This document shows positions 9,184-17,985 of a DNA stretch of 64,000 bases, piece by piece. The DNA is from an uncultured bacterium. GTDB lineage: Bacteria; Joyebacterota; Joyebacteria; Joyebacterales; Joyebacteraceae. The stretch lies in the NCBI GenBank assembly GCA_964521425.1, contig CAZFRO010000011.1, positions 13,534 to 77,533 of the forward strand. Reading direction: 5' to 3'. The stretch's first letter is position 1; each line of letters starts with the position of its first letter. The position numbers were made by a program, and so were the translations under genes. The notes beneath the pieces were generated by a model, which worked only from the letters and a program-made list of their open reading frames with translations, was not told where the DNA came from and made no database searches.

Positions 9184-10263
9184 CTAGTTGTCGGCCTTGA
9201 GCTCCTCCAGATCCTTCTTGAGCTCCTCCAGGGCCTCACGAAGCACGTCCATCTCCTCCTGCAGCATCTCCTTCTTGGCATTTCGGAATTCCTCGATGGC
9301 AATGCTGCGCTGACTCGAGGAATTGGTCTTGAGTGCCTCGATGTACTCGTCAGAGTCGGGTTCAGGTAGGACGACCTCCAGGATCACCTCGGAGCCCTTG
9401 CGGATGATGACGATTGGCGTCTCGGTGTCGGCCGCCATGTCACTGATCGCATCGACCAGCTCGTCAGTGTTCGCGACCACCGTGTCACCGATCTTGATGA
9501 TGACGTCACCGGCTTCGATGCCGGCGGCCGCAGCGGGACTGTCCTCGACGATCTCCTCGACGAGTACTCCGTTCCCGCCGGGAATCTGGAAGTACTCAGC
9601 CAGCCCTTCACTCAAGTCATCAACGTAGACCCCCAACCTGCCCTTGCCGGCCCATCCCATGCCGATGTCCACTCTCGGAATGAACATATCGTCGAGCTTC
9701 CCGAGAGCCTCAAGTCCTTCCAGGCCTAGAATCCCGAGAGCCGCAAGCCCACGCAGACCGGAGAGATGTTCGCCCTCGTCTCCGAACACGAAGTGGTGAG
9801 GACGGACACCGAGGACGACGTTCTTGACCACCTTCTTCCCGTCTCTCAGGAGTTCTATCTCGAGCTTGGTGTAGGGATCCATGCCGCCGACCAGCGCGAT
9901 GAGCTGCTTCGTGCTCGTGACGTCGTTGCCGCTCATGCTTACAATAAGGTCACCCGTCTGAATGCCCGCCTCTTCCGCGGGGCTGTCTTCGTAGATCTCC
10001 GTGACGATGACCACGTGTTCCTTACCGACTCCCAGGCTCTCGCGCTTCTTCTCATCGAGATCCGTAATGCCCACGCCGAGCCAACCGGTGTCGTCACCCG
10101 TCAACTCGATCGTCACGGTTCTCTCGCTGTCGCTGCCGTCGCCTTGCACCTTGACGATGATGGTTTCCTCGTCGACCTCGCCGGCTACGAGCATCGCAGG
10201 CAGGAGCAGAAGCGCCAGGAATGCACCTGACAGGATCAATACCGCGCGTGTTCGCCCCATCAT
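9184..10263 (-). CDS. Secreted protein with two PDZ domains and a C-terminal coiled-coil; no protease domain recognisable.
   Basis: Signal peptide MMGRTRAVLILSGAFLALLLLPAMLVAG. Two PDZ-like segments (GVGITDLD...IQTGDLIVSMSGNDV and GVYVDDLS...IEAGDVIIKIGDTVV). Glu/Leu/Lys-rich C-terminal tail. The probable start is the MMGRT Met at 10263; the longer ORF extends to 10341. Confidence 0.7.
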   Translation of the reverse strand: MMGRTRAVLILSGAFLALLLLPAMLVAGEVDEETIIVKVQGDGSDSERTVTIELTGDDTGWLGVGITDLDEKKRESLGVGKEHVVIVTEIYEDSPAEEAGIQTGDLIVSMSGNDVTSTKQLIALVGGMDPYTKLEIELLRDGKKVVKNVVLGVRPHHFVFGDEGEHLSGLRGLAALGILGLEGLEALGKLDDMFIPRVDIGMGWAGKGRLGVYVDDLSEGLAEYFQIPGGNGVLVEEIVEDSPAAAAGIEAGDVIIKIGDTVVANTDELVDAISDMAADTETPIVIIRKGSEVILEVVLPEPDSDEYIEALKTNSSSQRSIAIEEFRNAKKEMLQEEMDVLREALEELKKDLEELKADN

Positions 10264-10401
10264 GTTCGACTTCCTTGATCTCTCGTGCCCCCGGCTGGCC
10301 AAAGGCAGGAAGATATGCTGGTCTTGCAGGCTCGTCTCCACCCTCCACTCGTTTTCGACACGGTGTCGGTCGTAAGGTTGAAAGGACCACGTTGCTGTCG
10401 G

Positions 10402-10833
10402 CTATCGACTGTTCATCATGAGTAGCGAGAATCCGACGAGGGCAGAGAACACGGCGCCGAGTATCAGAGCCAGGACCACCGGAACGGCCACCACCACGAC
10501 AGACTTGCCGCGATCGAGCTTGTAGACTTCCCCGACAGCCAGAACGCCGACCACCAGGAGCCAGAGCCCGGAGAGGACCATGAGAGTGGGGCCGAGGAGC
10601 GGTATGACGGCGATCCAACGGATGATAGATGCGCATCCGACCACGTTGATCAGCGACTTGAACTCGCCGGTGGCCCCGAAGATGAGCGATGCAGCGAGAT
10701 GCATGAGGCCCACGGCTATGAAGGCCCCTGCAACGAAGATGATCGGGAACAGGATGATGCCGCCGGGGCAACTGCCAGCGCCAGCCCGCCGATGGCCAGA
10801 ACGCCGATTGCGGGTCTCGCCCGTCGCCTGCAT
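10402..10833 (-). CDS. Small polytopic membrane protein (Yip1-like topology?). The N-terminus is uncertain and a frameshift or alternative start is possible.
   Basis: At least four hydrophobic helices after an Arg/Gly-rich, probably spurious, N-terminal extension. An adjacent frame (10716..10901) also encodes a TM-like segment. Confidence 0.35.
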   Translation of the reverse strand: MQATGETRNRRSGHRRAGAGSCPGGIILFPIIFVAGAFIAVGLMHLAASLIFGATGEFKSLINVVGCASIIRWIAVIPLLGPTLMVLSGLWLLVVGVLAVGEVYKLDRGKSVVVVAVPVVLALILGAVFSALVGFSLLMMNSR

Positions 10834-11188
10834 TTCCTGCAGGCTGGGATTGGCTGGGCCAGAGAGTCACAGTGAACCTTCGTCAGTGTCGACGGGGTCA
10901 CTATATGGGCTCTCCGCTCGTCGTGGCAAGCGGAAACAGCCGGAGAGAGCGATCGTTGTAGTGAGCAAGACTCAGATTCGAGTGATACACGTGGCTCACG
11001 TTATCCAGCTTCACGCCTCATGGCACAATCTATGCAACCTAGCTGGAACGAGAGAGGCTATTCGAGTGCATTGTAACAGTGCGTTCGAGGGGGATGCAGT
11101 CTTCAAGACAGAGATAGGATTGAGGCTGCCAACGGCAGAGCGCCGGGCGGGCATTGTTGCGCCGGTCGGCTCCAGGAGGGAAGCACAG

Positions 11189-11650
11189 ATGAGGAGAGGG
11201 CATTTCGTTTTGAGGACGGTCGCCGTAGCGGCGTTCGTTGTCATGATCGCGACCGGTTGCAGCATGATAGGGCCGGAGTCCGCGTGGGATGGCAACAACG
11301 GAACGGTTACAGGAACGGTCAACAATCGCATGGGCACGCCGATCGAGGCGATGACGGTCCAGATGTGGGCCGAAGTCGGAAGCGACGCTCGCGAGGTGAC
11401 CTACGAGGTCACAAGCGGCGCCGATGGTACGTTCGAACTGAGCGACATCGATCTGGGCGATCCGCACTCGTTCGCACAGGTATATGAGGTGTACGTCAAT
11501 CGCATGAAGGACACAGACGTATCGCTCAATGAGGAGTACGTGAGCTACTACGGCTCGGTGACCGTTACGAAGGACTCCGACTGCGTTGTGGCCGTTGTGC
11601 TTGATCTTGTGGACACCGATCCTGGTGATCCGGAGTCGATGTTCGAATAG
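11189..11650 (+). CDS. Small lipoprotein with a carboxypeptidase-regulatory-like (transthyretin-like) beta-sandwich domain.
   Basis: ATG at 11189 preceded by a GGAGGG RBS. Lipobox AAFVVMIATGC. GTVTGTVNNRMGTPIEAMTV resembles the CarbopepD_reg fold. The long ORF from 10580 is an upstream extension overlapping the antisense membrane gene. Confidence 0.65.
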   Translation: MRRGHFVLRTVAVAAFVVMIATGCSMIGPESAWDGNNGTVTGTVNNRMGTPIEAMTVQMWAEVGSDAREVTYEVTSGADGTFELSDIDLGDPHSFAQVYEVYVNRMKDTDVSLNEEYVSYYGSVTVTKDSDCVVAVVLDLVDTDPGDPESMFE

Positions 11651-11695
11651 AACGGATGGACCGTTGCCCTGGTTGACCAGTGGTTGATTGTGAGA

Positions 11696-11724
11696 GCGGG
11701 GCTGCCGCGTGCGGCAGCCCCGTC
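11696..11724. terminator. Perfect GC-rich hairpin (ggggctgccgc-gt-gcggcagcccc); putative bidirectional terminator for the lipoprotein gene (+) and tRNA-Leu (-).
   Basis: Inverted repeat gctgccgc/gcggcagc with a 2-nt loop, flanked by G and C runs and sitting between two convergent transcription units. Confidence 0.4.
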
Positions 11725-11727
11725 TGT

Positions 11728-11816
11728 TGGTGCCGGAGGCCGGAATCGAACCGGCACGGAGCTAACGCTCCGCGGGATTTTGAGTCCCGTGCGTCTACCA
11801 ATTTCACCACTCCGGC
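11728..11816 (-). tRNA. tRNA-Leu (anticodon CAA), CCA encoded.
   Basis: Reverse complement gives GCCGGAG...GGGACTCAAAATCCC...(long variable arm CGGAGCGTTAGCTCCGT)...GGTTCGATTCCGGCCTCCGGCACCA. The 7/5/5 stems pair correctly. The six-frame ORF 11565..11843 is this tRNA mistranslated. Confidence 0.9.
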
Positions 11817-12037
11817 ATAGTCGCCAGACCACGAATCTAGCATCGCAGAGGTGATGCGTCAACTGCGCGGCGGGATTCGCTCGGCCTATGCACACGAAGA
11901 CGGCCCATCGACGGTCCATCGAGGGTGCGTGACCGGCCGGAAGAGGGACAGGAGCTGGAAGGCCACAATCGAGATTGCGCTTGACTGAGTGCTCAAGAGT
12001 GCTAGTATCTTCTTCCTGAGTTACGAAGAAGATGCGT

Positions 12038-12114
12038 GGGGCCATAGCTCAGTTGGGATGAGCGCCTGACTGGCAGTCAGGAGGTCGGGGGTTCGATCCC
12101 CCCTGGCTCCACCA
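12038..12114 (+). tRNA. tRNA-Ala (anticodon GGC), CCA encoded.
   Basis: GGGGCCATAGCTCAGTTGGGA...CCTGA-CTGGCAG-TCAGG...GGTTCGATCCCCCCTGGCTCCACCA. G3:U70 Ala identity pair present. Confidence 0.92.
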
Positions 12115-12212
12115 CTCACATAGTGAGCGATCAAGTCGCGCCGGGTGGCCCAGGAGGTTGCTCGGCGATGCTCTAGGCGAGCACAGATGCACCGAGTAAG
12201 GCGCCGCGTGGC

Positions 12213-12241
12213 TTGACAGCGCAATCGTAACATGATATCAT
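12213..12241 (+). promoter_or_regulatory. Sigma70-like promoter (TTGACA-N17-TATCAT) about 240 nt upstream of the giant peptidase gene.
   Basis: TTGACA at 12213-12218 and TATCAT at 12236-12241, inside a local AT-richer stretch with a catgatat direct repeat. Confidence 0.4.
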
Positions 12242-12478
12242 GATATGAGGCGTTCAGAGAGCCTGAACATGTCTGAATTGTAAGTCAGCAACAGGAGTCC
12301 GCATCTACTCAGACTGCTACTGCTTTTGAGCGCAAGCGACGATTCATCGACACTCATCTCCGGGGGGGACGAGTGAAGCGCAAAAGGGCAGTTGGTCGGA
12401 GTAGTGGCTGACTCCTGTTTTCTTTTGTCACAGAGTTGCGCCACCTATCTGTTGCATGGCTGCTAGTGGGGGAACCGA

Positions 12479-15400
12479 ATGCGATCCGCACTCCTTGTCA
12501 CGTTGCTTATCTTCGCGACAACCTTGGCTTCGGCCCCGGCTCTAGCCGGGCCCGTCGCGCACACCGAACTGACCGCTGACGACATTGTGTTGGGACAGAC
12601 GAGGGGATTCGAGACCCTGAGCTTCACCGGCGGAAGGCGGCTGGCGGGTGAGGGGGAACCGGACATCCCGGCTCGTATCATCCACTTCGTGATTCCGGAT
12701 GGGATGACCGTGGGAGATCTCGTGATCACTGAGGGCGATGAGATCGTTCTCAATGGCACGCATGCGATCCATCCAGTCCAGACCGATGTTCCGATCGGCG
12801 AGAGCGCGCCGTGGGTCGAGCCCGACGAACGCATCTACGGGAGTGATCTCTCCTATCCTCCGAAGCGAGCCGTCTACCTCGGGGATGGATTCCTCGGCGG
12901 GTATCGCATCGCTACCGTCGCACTCTATCCTGTGCAGCTGAGGCCGCTGTCAGGACAGCTCGTGCTGGCGCCCGAGCTGACCGTCGAACTTAGTCTGGAG
13001 CCGTCCGATAGAAGAGCGGCGGCCCGAGAGAGAATCACCGCCACTTCCGACAGGCTCTATCGTCGTCTCATCGAGACCATCGTAGACAATCCTGATGAGG
13101 TGACTGTCCTCAGGAATGTGGGGACCAACGTGATCACCGGTCCGCTGAGTGGAGGGTTTGCGCCTCGGTACTCACCGTCACTCGAGGGTAGCCCCGTCGA
13201 GTACGTCATCGTCACCACGGACGAACACGCGCCGTATTTCCAGGAACTCGCTGACTGGAAGACGCAGAAGGGTGTGCCGGCCGTTGTTCGAACCGTGTCA
13301 TGGATCAATGCGAATTACCCCGGGGGGTGCGACACCGCTGAGCGCATACGGTTCTTCCTCCAGGATGCATACGCTCTGTGGGGGACGACATATGTGCTGC
13401 TCGGAGGAGACACGGAGTTCGTTCCCGTGCGGTACGGAAGAACGGCCTACTACGGTGGTGAGAGTATCCCAACCGACCTCTACTACTCGGACCTGGACGG
13501 TAACTGGAACGCCGACGGAGATGCTCTGTTCGGTGAGGGCTACAGAACCGAAGAAGAACCGGGCGATGGTGTTGATCTCTATCCGGACGTTTTCGTCGGC
13601 CGCGCTCCGGTGAGCAATGTCGTAGACGTAGAGGCGTTCCTCGACAAGTGCGAAGCGTACAGGGAGAGTCCCGTACCGCACTTCGTCGATCGTAACCTGT
13701 ACTTGGGAGAGGTGCTCTTTCCATACGACTGGGAGAGTGGACCGTACAGCCTTGATGGCGCAGCCGACATCGTCGAGCCCGGGTTGCCGTCCGTCCCCGG
13801 TCAGATCTCCAATGTCGCACTGTACGCGAACTGGTCTTCGTTTCCAGAATCCTATCCTATCAGCGCCGCGGCGGCTGCGGAATCGCTGGAACAGGGGTAC
13901 AACCTAAATGTCCACGTCGGCCACGGGAACAAGGACATCATGAGGGTAGGTGTTAACAACTACATCACGATGTCCGGCATGTCGGGTCTCACGAACGGCA
14001 TCGACAAGGCTGGGTTCCTCTGGCTGCTCGACTGTACATCCTCGGCCATCGACTTCGATTGCATAGCGGAGCGCGCCATCATCAATCCTACTGGTGGGGG
14101 CTTCGCCACACTGGGGCCGACCCGGTATGCTTTCCCCACGACGTGCCGCGACTACTACTGGGACTGGTTGGACCTTCTGTATGTCTCCGGATGCCAGGAG
14201 ATCGGACCTCTCTTGGGGATGACGACCACGCTTCACGCGAGCTTCGCGGAATCAGGTCGCGACAACACCGACAGGTGGACGCAGTTTTCCATGCTTCTGC
14301 TGGGTGACCCCGAGATAGCCATGAGAACAGTGCGTCCGAGGAACCTCTCGGTGGCCTTCTCTGGCGCCATGCAGGTTGGGGAAGATGGGATGACGTTCAA
14401 CGTGACCGACCCCGGTCTCGTGGAGGGCGCGAAGGTCTGTGTCTCCTCTTCGTCCGGGGATGTCTACGCCTACGGAACAACGGATGGCGTGGGTGAGGTC
14501 CACATTGATTTCACCCCGACTGTGACCGGCGTGCTCCAGGTCACCGTCACGTGCCCCAACTACTACGTCTTCGAATCAGAGATCAATGTGGTCATCGCGG
14601 CCGGAGCCTACGTACATCTCGCGGACGTGACCGTGGACGATGACGACATCGGAGGAAGCTCCGGGAACGAGAACGACAGGCCGGAGCCGGACGAGACCCT
14701 GGAACTTGACATCAGCGTCCGGAACGGCGGAATCGCAACGGCTTCCGCGGTCTCAGCCTTCATCTCATCAATCGATCCGTACATTGTGATCGAGGCGGAC
14801 TCGGTGTTCGTCGGTGATGTGGAACCCGGTGTGACTGCAGAGTTCCCCGCCGCCTTCCGGATCTTTGTCACATCCGACTGTCCGAACAACCACGACGCGG
14901 AGTTGACCCTGGACTTCTCGGAGGCAGGGAGAGCCACGTGGCAGGAGGAGTTCGAGGTTCGCGTCTATGCACCGGAGCTCGTTCACCTCTACACGCAGCT
15001 CGATGATTCAGTCGGTGGTGATGGAGACGGCATCCCCGAGTTGGGGGAGACCGTGACTCTCCTCCTCGACGTCTGGAATGAAGGCAACGGAGACGCGGAC
15101 GGGATCACCGGCGTGCTCAGCTACTCCGAGCCGGCCTGGGTCGGTTTCACGGACAGCACCGACGTCTGGGGAGATATCTCAGCCGGTACGGCTGCTCCCG
15201 GCCTCGATGGTATTGAATTCGAGATCCTCGGCCATCTCTCCGAGTACTTCGAGCTTCTGCTTGCCGACGAGTATGGCAAGACATGGACACAGCGCCTTGA
15301 TATCCACAGGCCTGATCCGCCAGACACGATCTTTGGCGATGTCGTGGGCACGACCATCAGTCTCAGCTGGGAGCAGAACATCGAGCCCGATCTCAGAGGA

Positions 15401-17212
15401 TACGATGTGTGGAGGAGCCAGAACCAGTCCGGCCCCTACGACGTAGCCAACACGGCGATCGTCGAGGGCATGTCGTATTTCGCTGATAGTGGATTGGATG
15501 AGAACACGCGCTACTACTACTATGTTGTCGCTGTGGACTCATCAGGGAACGTGAGCACCGCTTCCCCCGTGCTCAGTATCAGCACCAATCCGCCAAGTCT
15601 GTCGGGATGGCCGCTTGCCACGTCGGGGGGCATGTACTCGAGTGTGGCAGTCGCCGATCTCGACGGCGACGGTTCGAAGGAGATACTGGTCGCCTCCGAG
15701 CAGCTCTATGCGTGGCACGCGGACGGCACGGAGGTCCGGGATGGAGACGGCGATCCAAGGACAGGCGGCATCTTCGCAATCGATGGTCAGGGCGGATACC
15801 GCTGCACGCCCGCAGTCGGCGAGGTGGACGGCGACAGCGGTGTGGAGATCGTCGCGGCAGCCTGGGCCGACGTGGGGAGTGGCGATCCTGAGCACGAGGT
15901 GTTCGTGTGGAACGGGGAAGACGGCAGCGTGGTCTCGGGGTGGCCGGTTACGACCGGGAGGTTCTGCTGGGCCAGTCCGGCCCTCGCCGATCTCGACCAC
16001 GATGGGCGAAGCGAGATCATAATCCCCTGCGCTGACGGCAAGCTCTACTGCTGGAGCTACAACGGATCTGAGTTCATAGACGGAGATAGCGACCCGCTCA
16101 CAGTCGGCGTTTTCGCCGATCTTGGGAATCCCTATATCTACGCTTCCCCCGTGATCGCGGACATAGACGGTGACGGGGAACTGGAGATACTGCAGCCGGC
16201 CGCTACAGAGAGCGTCTACTGTTTCAATGCGGATGGCTCCAGAGTGCCGGGTTGGCCGATATCAATTGGGCTCAAGGCATACAGCTCACCGGCTGTCGGA
16301 GACGTTGATGGGGATGGCGATCTGGAGATCGCGATCGCCTCCCACACGTGGGATGTCTCGCTGTTCGATCATGAGGGGATCCCGCTCGCCGGATGGCCGA
16401 AGTCGATGGCGAACAATGGAGATTTCCCACCCTCACCTGTTCTTGCGGACCTGACCGGAGACGGATTCCTCGAACTGGTTCAGGTGGGCTCTGACGGCGA
16501 GATTATGATATGGGACTACCAGGGCAGCGCGATGAGCGGATGGCCGCAGTTGCTGGGCGGGAACGTGAAATCGAGTCCGGCGATCGCCAATGTCGATGCC
16601 GATCCGGATCTCGAGCTGATCGTAGGCAGTGATTCTGGAAAGCTGTTTGCCTTCGATCTTGATGGCTCGGTTCTGGACGGCTGGCCGATCCAGACGGGCG
16701 CCTACATCTACGGGTCTCCGACCGTGGACGATGTCGACGGAGACGGTGATGTCGAGGTCGTGGTTGGCGGAATGGACACCAAGGTGTATGTCTGGGACTG
16801 TGAGGGCGCTTACGACGGTGGCGCCAGTGTAGAGTGGGGGTGTTTCCTTCACGATCTGTGGCGGACGCAGCTCTATGGTTTTGAGATTCCTGTCGGGGTC
16901 AGCAACGATGATGTCGTAGATCTCGGTGGACGACTTCTGGAACAGAACGTCCCGAATCCATTCAACCCGCTTACGACGATCGAGTTCATTGTGCCGACCA
17001 CTGAGGGCAGCGCGCCCGTGACTCTCTCCATCTATACGGTTGGGGGAGCGGTTGTCCGCACGCTTCTGGATTCGCACGTGGAGCCCGGACGGCACGCGGC
17101 AGTCTGGGACGGCCGTGATGGACACGGCAGGCCGGTCGCATCGGGTGTCTACTTCTACAGGATTGCCGTCGGCGACAGGAGCGAGTCGAAGAAGATGCTG
17201 CTCATCAAGTAG
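12479..17212 (+). CDS. Giant secreted gingipain-family (peptidase C25, clan CD) cysteine peptidase with an FN3 domain, an 8-blade FG-GAP beta-propeller and a type IX secretion C-terminal sorting domain.
   Basis: Signal peptide. His-Gly...Ala-Cys catalytic dyad context NVHVGHGN (His at 13922-13924) and LWLLDCTSS (Cys at 14033-14035). FN3-like segment (RGYDVWRSQ...YYYYVVAVDSSGN). Eight repeats of the ADLDGDG-x-EIL type. C-terminal NVPNPFNPLTTIEF...IYTVGGAVVRTL...WDGRDGHGRPVASGVYFYRI matches the Por/T9SS CTD. Confidence 0.85.
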   Translation: MRSALLVTLLIFATTLASAPALAGPVAHTELTADDIVLGQTRGFETLSFTGGRRLAGEGEPDIPARIIHFVIPDGMTVGDLVITEGDEIVLNGTHAIHPVQTDVPIGESAPWVEPDERIYGSDLSYPPKRAVYLGDGFLGGYRIATVALYPVQLRPLSGQLVLAPELTVELSLEPSDRRAAARERITATSDRLYRRLIETIVDNPDEVTVLRNVGTNVITGPLSGGFAPRYSPSLEGSPVEYVIVTTDEHAPYFQELADWKTQKGVPAVVRTVSWINANYPGGCDTAERIRFFLQDAYALWGTTYVLLGGDTEFVPVRYGRTAYYGGESIPTDLYYSDLDGNWNADGDALFGEGYRTEEEPGDGVDLYPDVFVGRAPVSNVVDVEAFLDKCEAYRESPVPHFVDRNLYLGEVLFPYDWESGPYSLDGAADIVEPGLPSVPGQISNVALYANWSSFPESYPISAAAAAESLEQGYNLNVHVGHGNKDIMRVGVNNYITMSGMSGLTNGIDKAGFLWLLDCTSSAIDFDCIAERAIINPTGGGFATLGPTRYAFPTTCRDYYWDWLDLLYVSGCQEIGPLLGMTTTLHASFAESGRDNTDRWTQFSMLLLGDPEIAMRTVRPRNLSVAFSGAMQVGEDGMTFNVTDPGLVEGAKVCVSSSSGDVYAYGTTDGVGEVHIDFTPTVTGVLQVTVTCPNYYVFESEINVVIAAGAYVHLADVTVDDDDIGGSSGNENDRPEPDETLELDISVRNGGIATASAVSAFISSIDPYIVIEADSVFVGDVEPGVTAEFPAAFRIFVTSDCPNNHDAELTLDFSEAGRATWQEEFEVRVYAPELVHLYTQLDDSVGGDGDGIPELGETVTLLLDVWNEGNGDADGITGVLSYSEPAWVGFTDSTDVWGDISAGTAAPGLDGIEFEILGHLSEYFELLLADEYGKTWTQRLDIHRPDPPDTIFGDVVGTTISLSWEQNIEPDLRGYDVWRSQNQSGPYDVANTAIVEGMSYFADSGLDENTRYYYYVVAVDSSGNVSTASPVLSISTNPPSLSGWPLATSGGMYSSVAVADLDGDGSKEILVASEQLYAWHADGTEVRDGDGDPRTGGIFAIDGQGGYRCTPAVGEVDGDSGVEIVAAAWADVGSGDPEHEVFVWNGEDGSVVSGWPVTTGRFCWASPALADLDHDGRSEIIIPCADGKLYCWSYNGSEFIDGDSDPLTVGVFADLGNPYIYASPVIADIDGDGELEILQPAATESVYCFNADGSRVPGWPISIGLKAYSSPAVGDVDGDGDLEIAIASHTWDVSLFDHEGIPLAGWPKSMANNGDFPPSPVLADLTGDGFLELVQVGSDGEIMIWDYQGSAMSGWPQLLGGNVKSSPAIANVDADPDLELIVGSDSGKLFAFDLDGSVLDGWPIQTGAYIYGSPTVDDVDGDGDVEVVVGGMDTKVYVWDCEGAYDGGASVEWGCFLHDLWRTQLYGFEIPVGVSNDDVVDLGGRLLEQNVPNPFNPLTTIEFIVPTTEGSAPVTLSIYTVGGAVVRTLLDSHVEPGRHAAVWDGRDGHGRPVASGVYFYRIAVGDRSESKKMLLIK

Positions 17213-17283
17213 CGCGGCGATGCGTCGTGTTCGAAAGAGATGAAGATCGCCGGCCGGCGATCGCGTTCGGATCGATCTAAATA

Positions 17284-17314
17284 GAAGCGCCCGGGAAATA
17301 AGCCCGGGCGCTTC
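17284..17314 (+). terminator. Rho-independent-type terminator hairpin downstream of the peptidase gene.
   Basis: gaagcgcccggg-aaataa-cccgggcgcttc, a perfect 12-bp stem. Confidence 0.55.
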
Positions 17315-17431
17315 GTCGTGTCCAGCCGGATCCACAGCGTGAGTCAGCGTGGGATGCGGTCGAGTCATCCCACCGATCTCAGCAGCGCGCGAGAATCTAC
17401 AAACAGCCTATAGCATGGGCGTCTTTTTCAC

Positions 17432-17461
17432 TTGACAGCGTCAGGGGCGGACGGCTAGTAT
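17432..17461 (+). promoter_or_regulatory. Sigma70-like promoter of the mraZ/dcw operon (TTGACA-N18-TAGTAT).
   Basis: TTGACA at 17432-17437 and TAGTAT at 17456-17461, about 55 nt upstream of the mraZ ATG. Confidence 0.5.
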
Positions 17462-17468
17462 CCCGCGA

Positions 17469-17493
17469 GTGGGCTGAAGTGGGATGAAGTGGG
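17469..17493 (+). promoter_or_regulatory. MraZ operator: three direct GTGGG repeats spaced exactly 10 bp apart between the -10 element and the mraZ start.
   Basis: aGTGGGctgaaGTGGGatgaaGTGGGcc. This matches the TGGGN-repeat MraZ binding architecture described for the E. coli Pmra. Confidence 0.6.
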
Positions 17494-17517
17494 CCGGATC
17501 TTGCTCTGGATGTCCAT

Positions 17518-17982
17518 ATGACCTCTTTTCTGGGTAGATACATACACACGCTCGACGCGAAGGGTCGCCTCTCGATCCCCTCGAAGTTCAGGAAGGCTAC
17601 GGGGGAGATCTTCGTCCTCACGCTTGGACTCGATGGGTGTCTCTTCTTCTATCCCCGCGATGAGTGGCAGCGCGTTGAGAGTGATCTGCGCGGACTCTCC
17701 TTCACCTCCCGCAAATCGAGATTCTTCAAGCGGGAGATCGCGTCGCGAGCGTGCGAAGTCAGTGTGGACAGTCATGGGCGCATTGTCATCCCGCAGGAAC
17801 TCAGGGAGCTTGTTGGACTGGAGAAGGACGTGCTCGTGATCGGTGCGATAGAGCGCGTTGAGTTCTGGGATCCCAAGCGACACCAGAAGTACAAGGAGGA
17901 GTTCGGTCTCTCATACGAGGAGGTCGCCGAGACCCTCTGGGAGAACCCGGGTGACCTGACCGGCAACGGGGGGGAGGGGTAA
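17518..17982 (+). CDS. mraZ: Transcriptional regulator MraZ.
   Basis: MTSFLGRYIHTLDAKGRLSIPSKFR and a second DxxGR repeat (VDSHGRIVIPQELR). First gene of the dcw cluster. Confidence 0.92.
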   Translation: MTSFLGRYIHTLDAKGRLSIPSKFRKATGEIFVLTLGLDGCLFFYPRDEWQRVESDLRGLSFTSRKSRFFKREIASRACEVSVDSHGRIVIPQELRELVGLEKDVLVIGAIERVEFWDPKRHQKYKEEFGLSYEEVAETLWENPGDLTGNGGEG

Positions 17983-17985
17983 GAC

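Noticed and set aside
10580-11188. First 203 codons of the 356-aa plus ORF 10580..11650.
   Set aside because: It overlaps the antisense membrane-protein gene and has no lipoprotein or domain features. The real gene starts at the ATG at 11189 with an RBS and a lipobox signal peptide.
11565-11843. 92-aa minus-strand ORF (MLDSWSGDYAGVVKLVDARDSKSRGALAPCRFDSGLRHQ...).
   Set aside because: It is the translation of tRNA-Leu(CAA); the TPsiC arm and the acceptor stem read as amino acids. Not a CDS.
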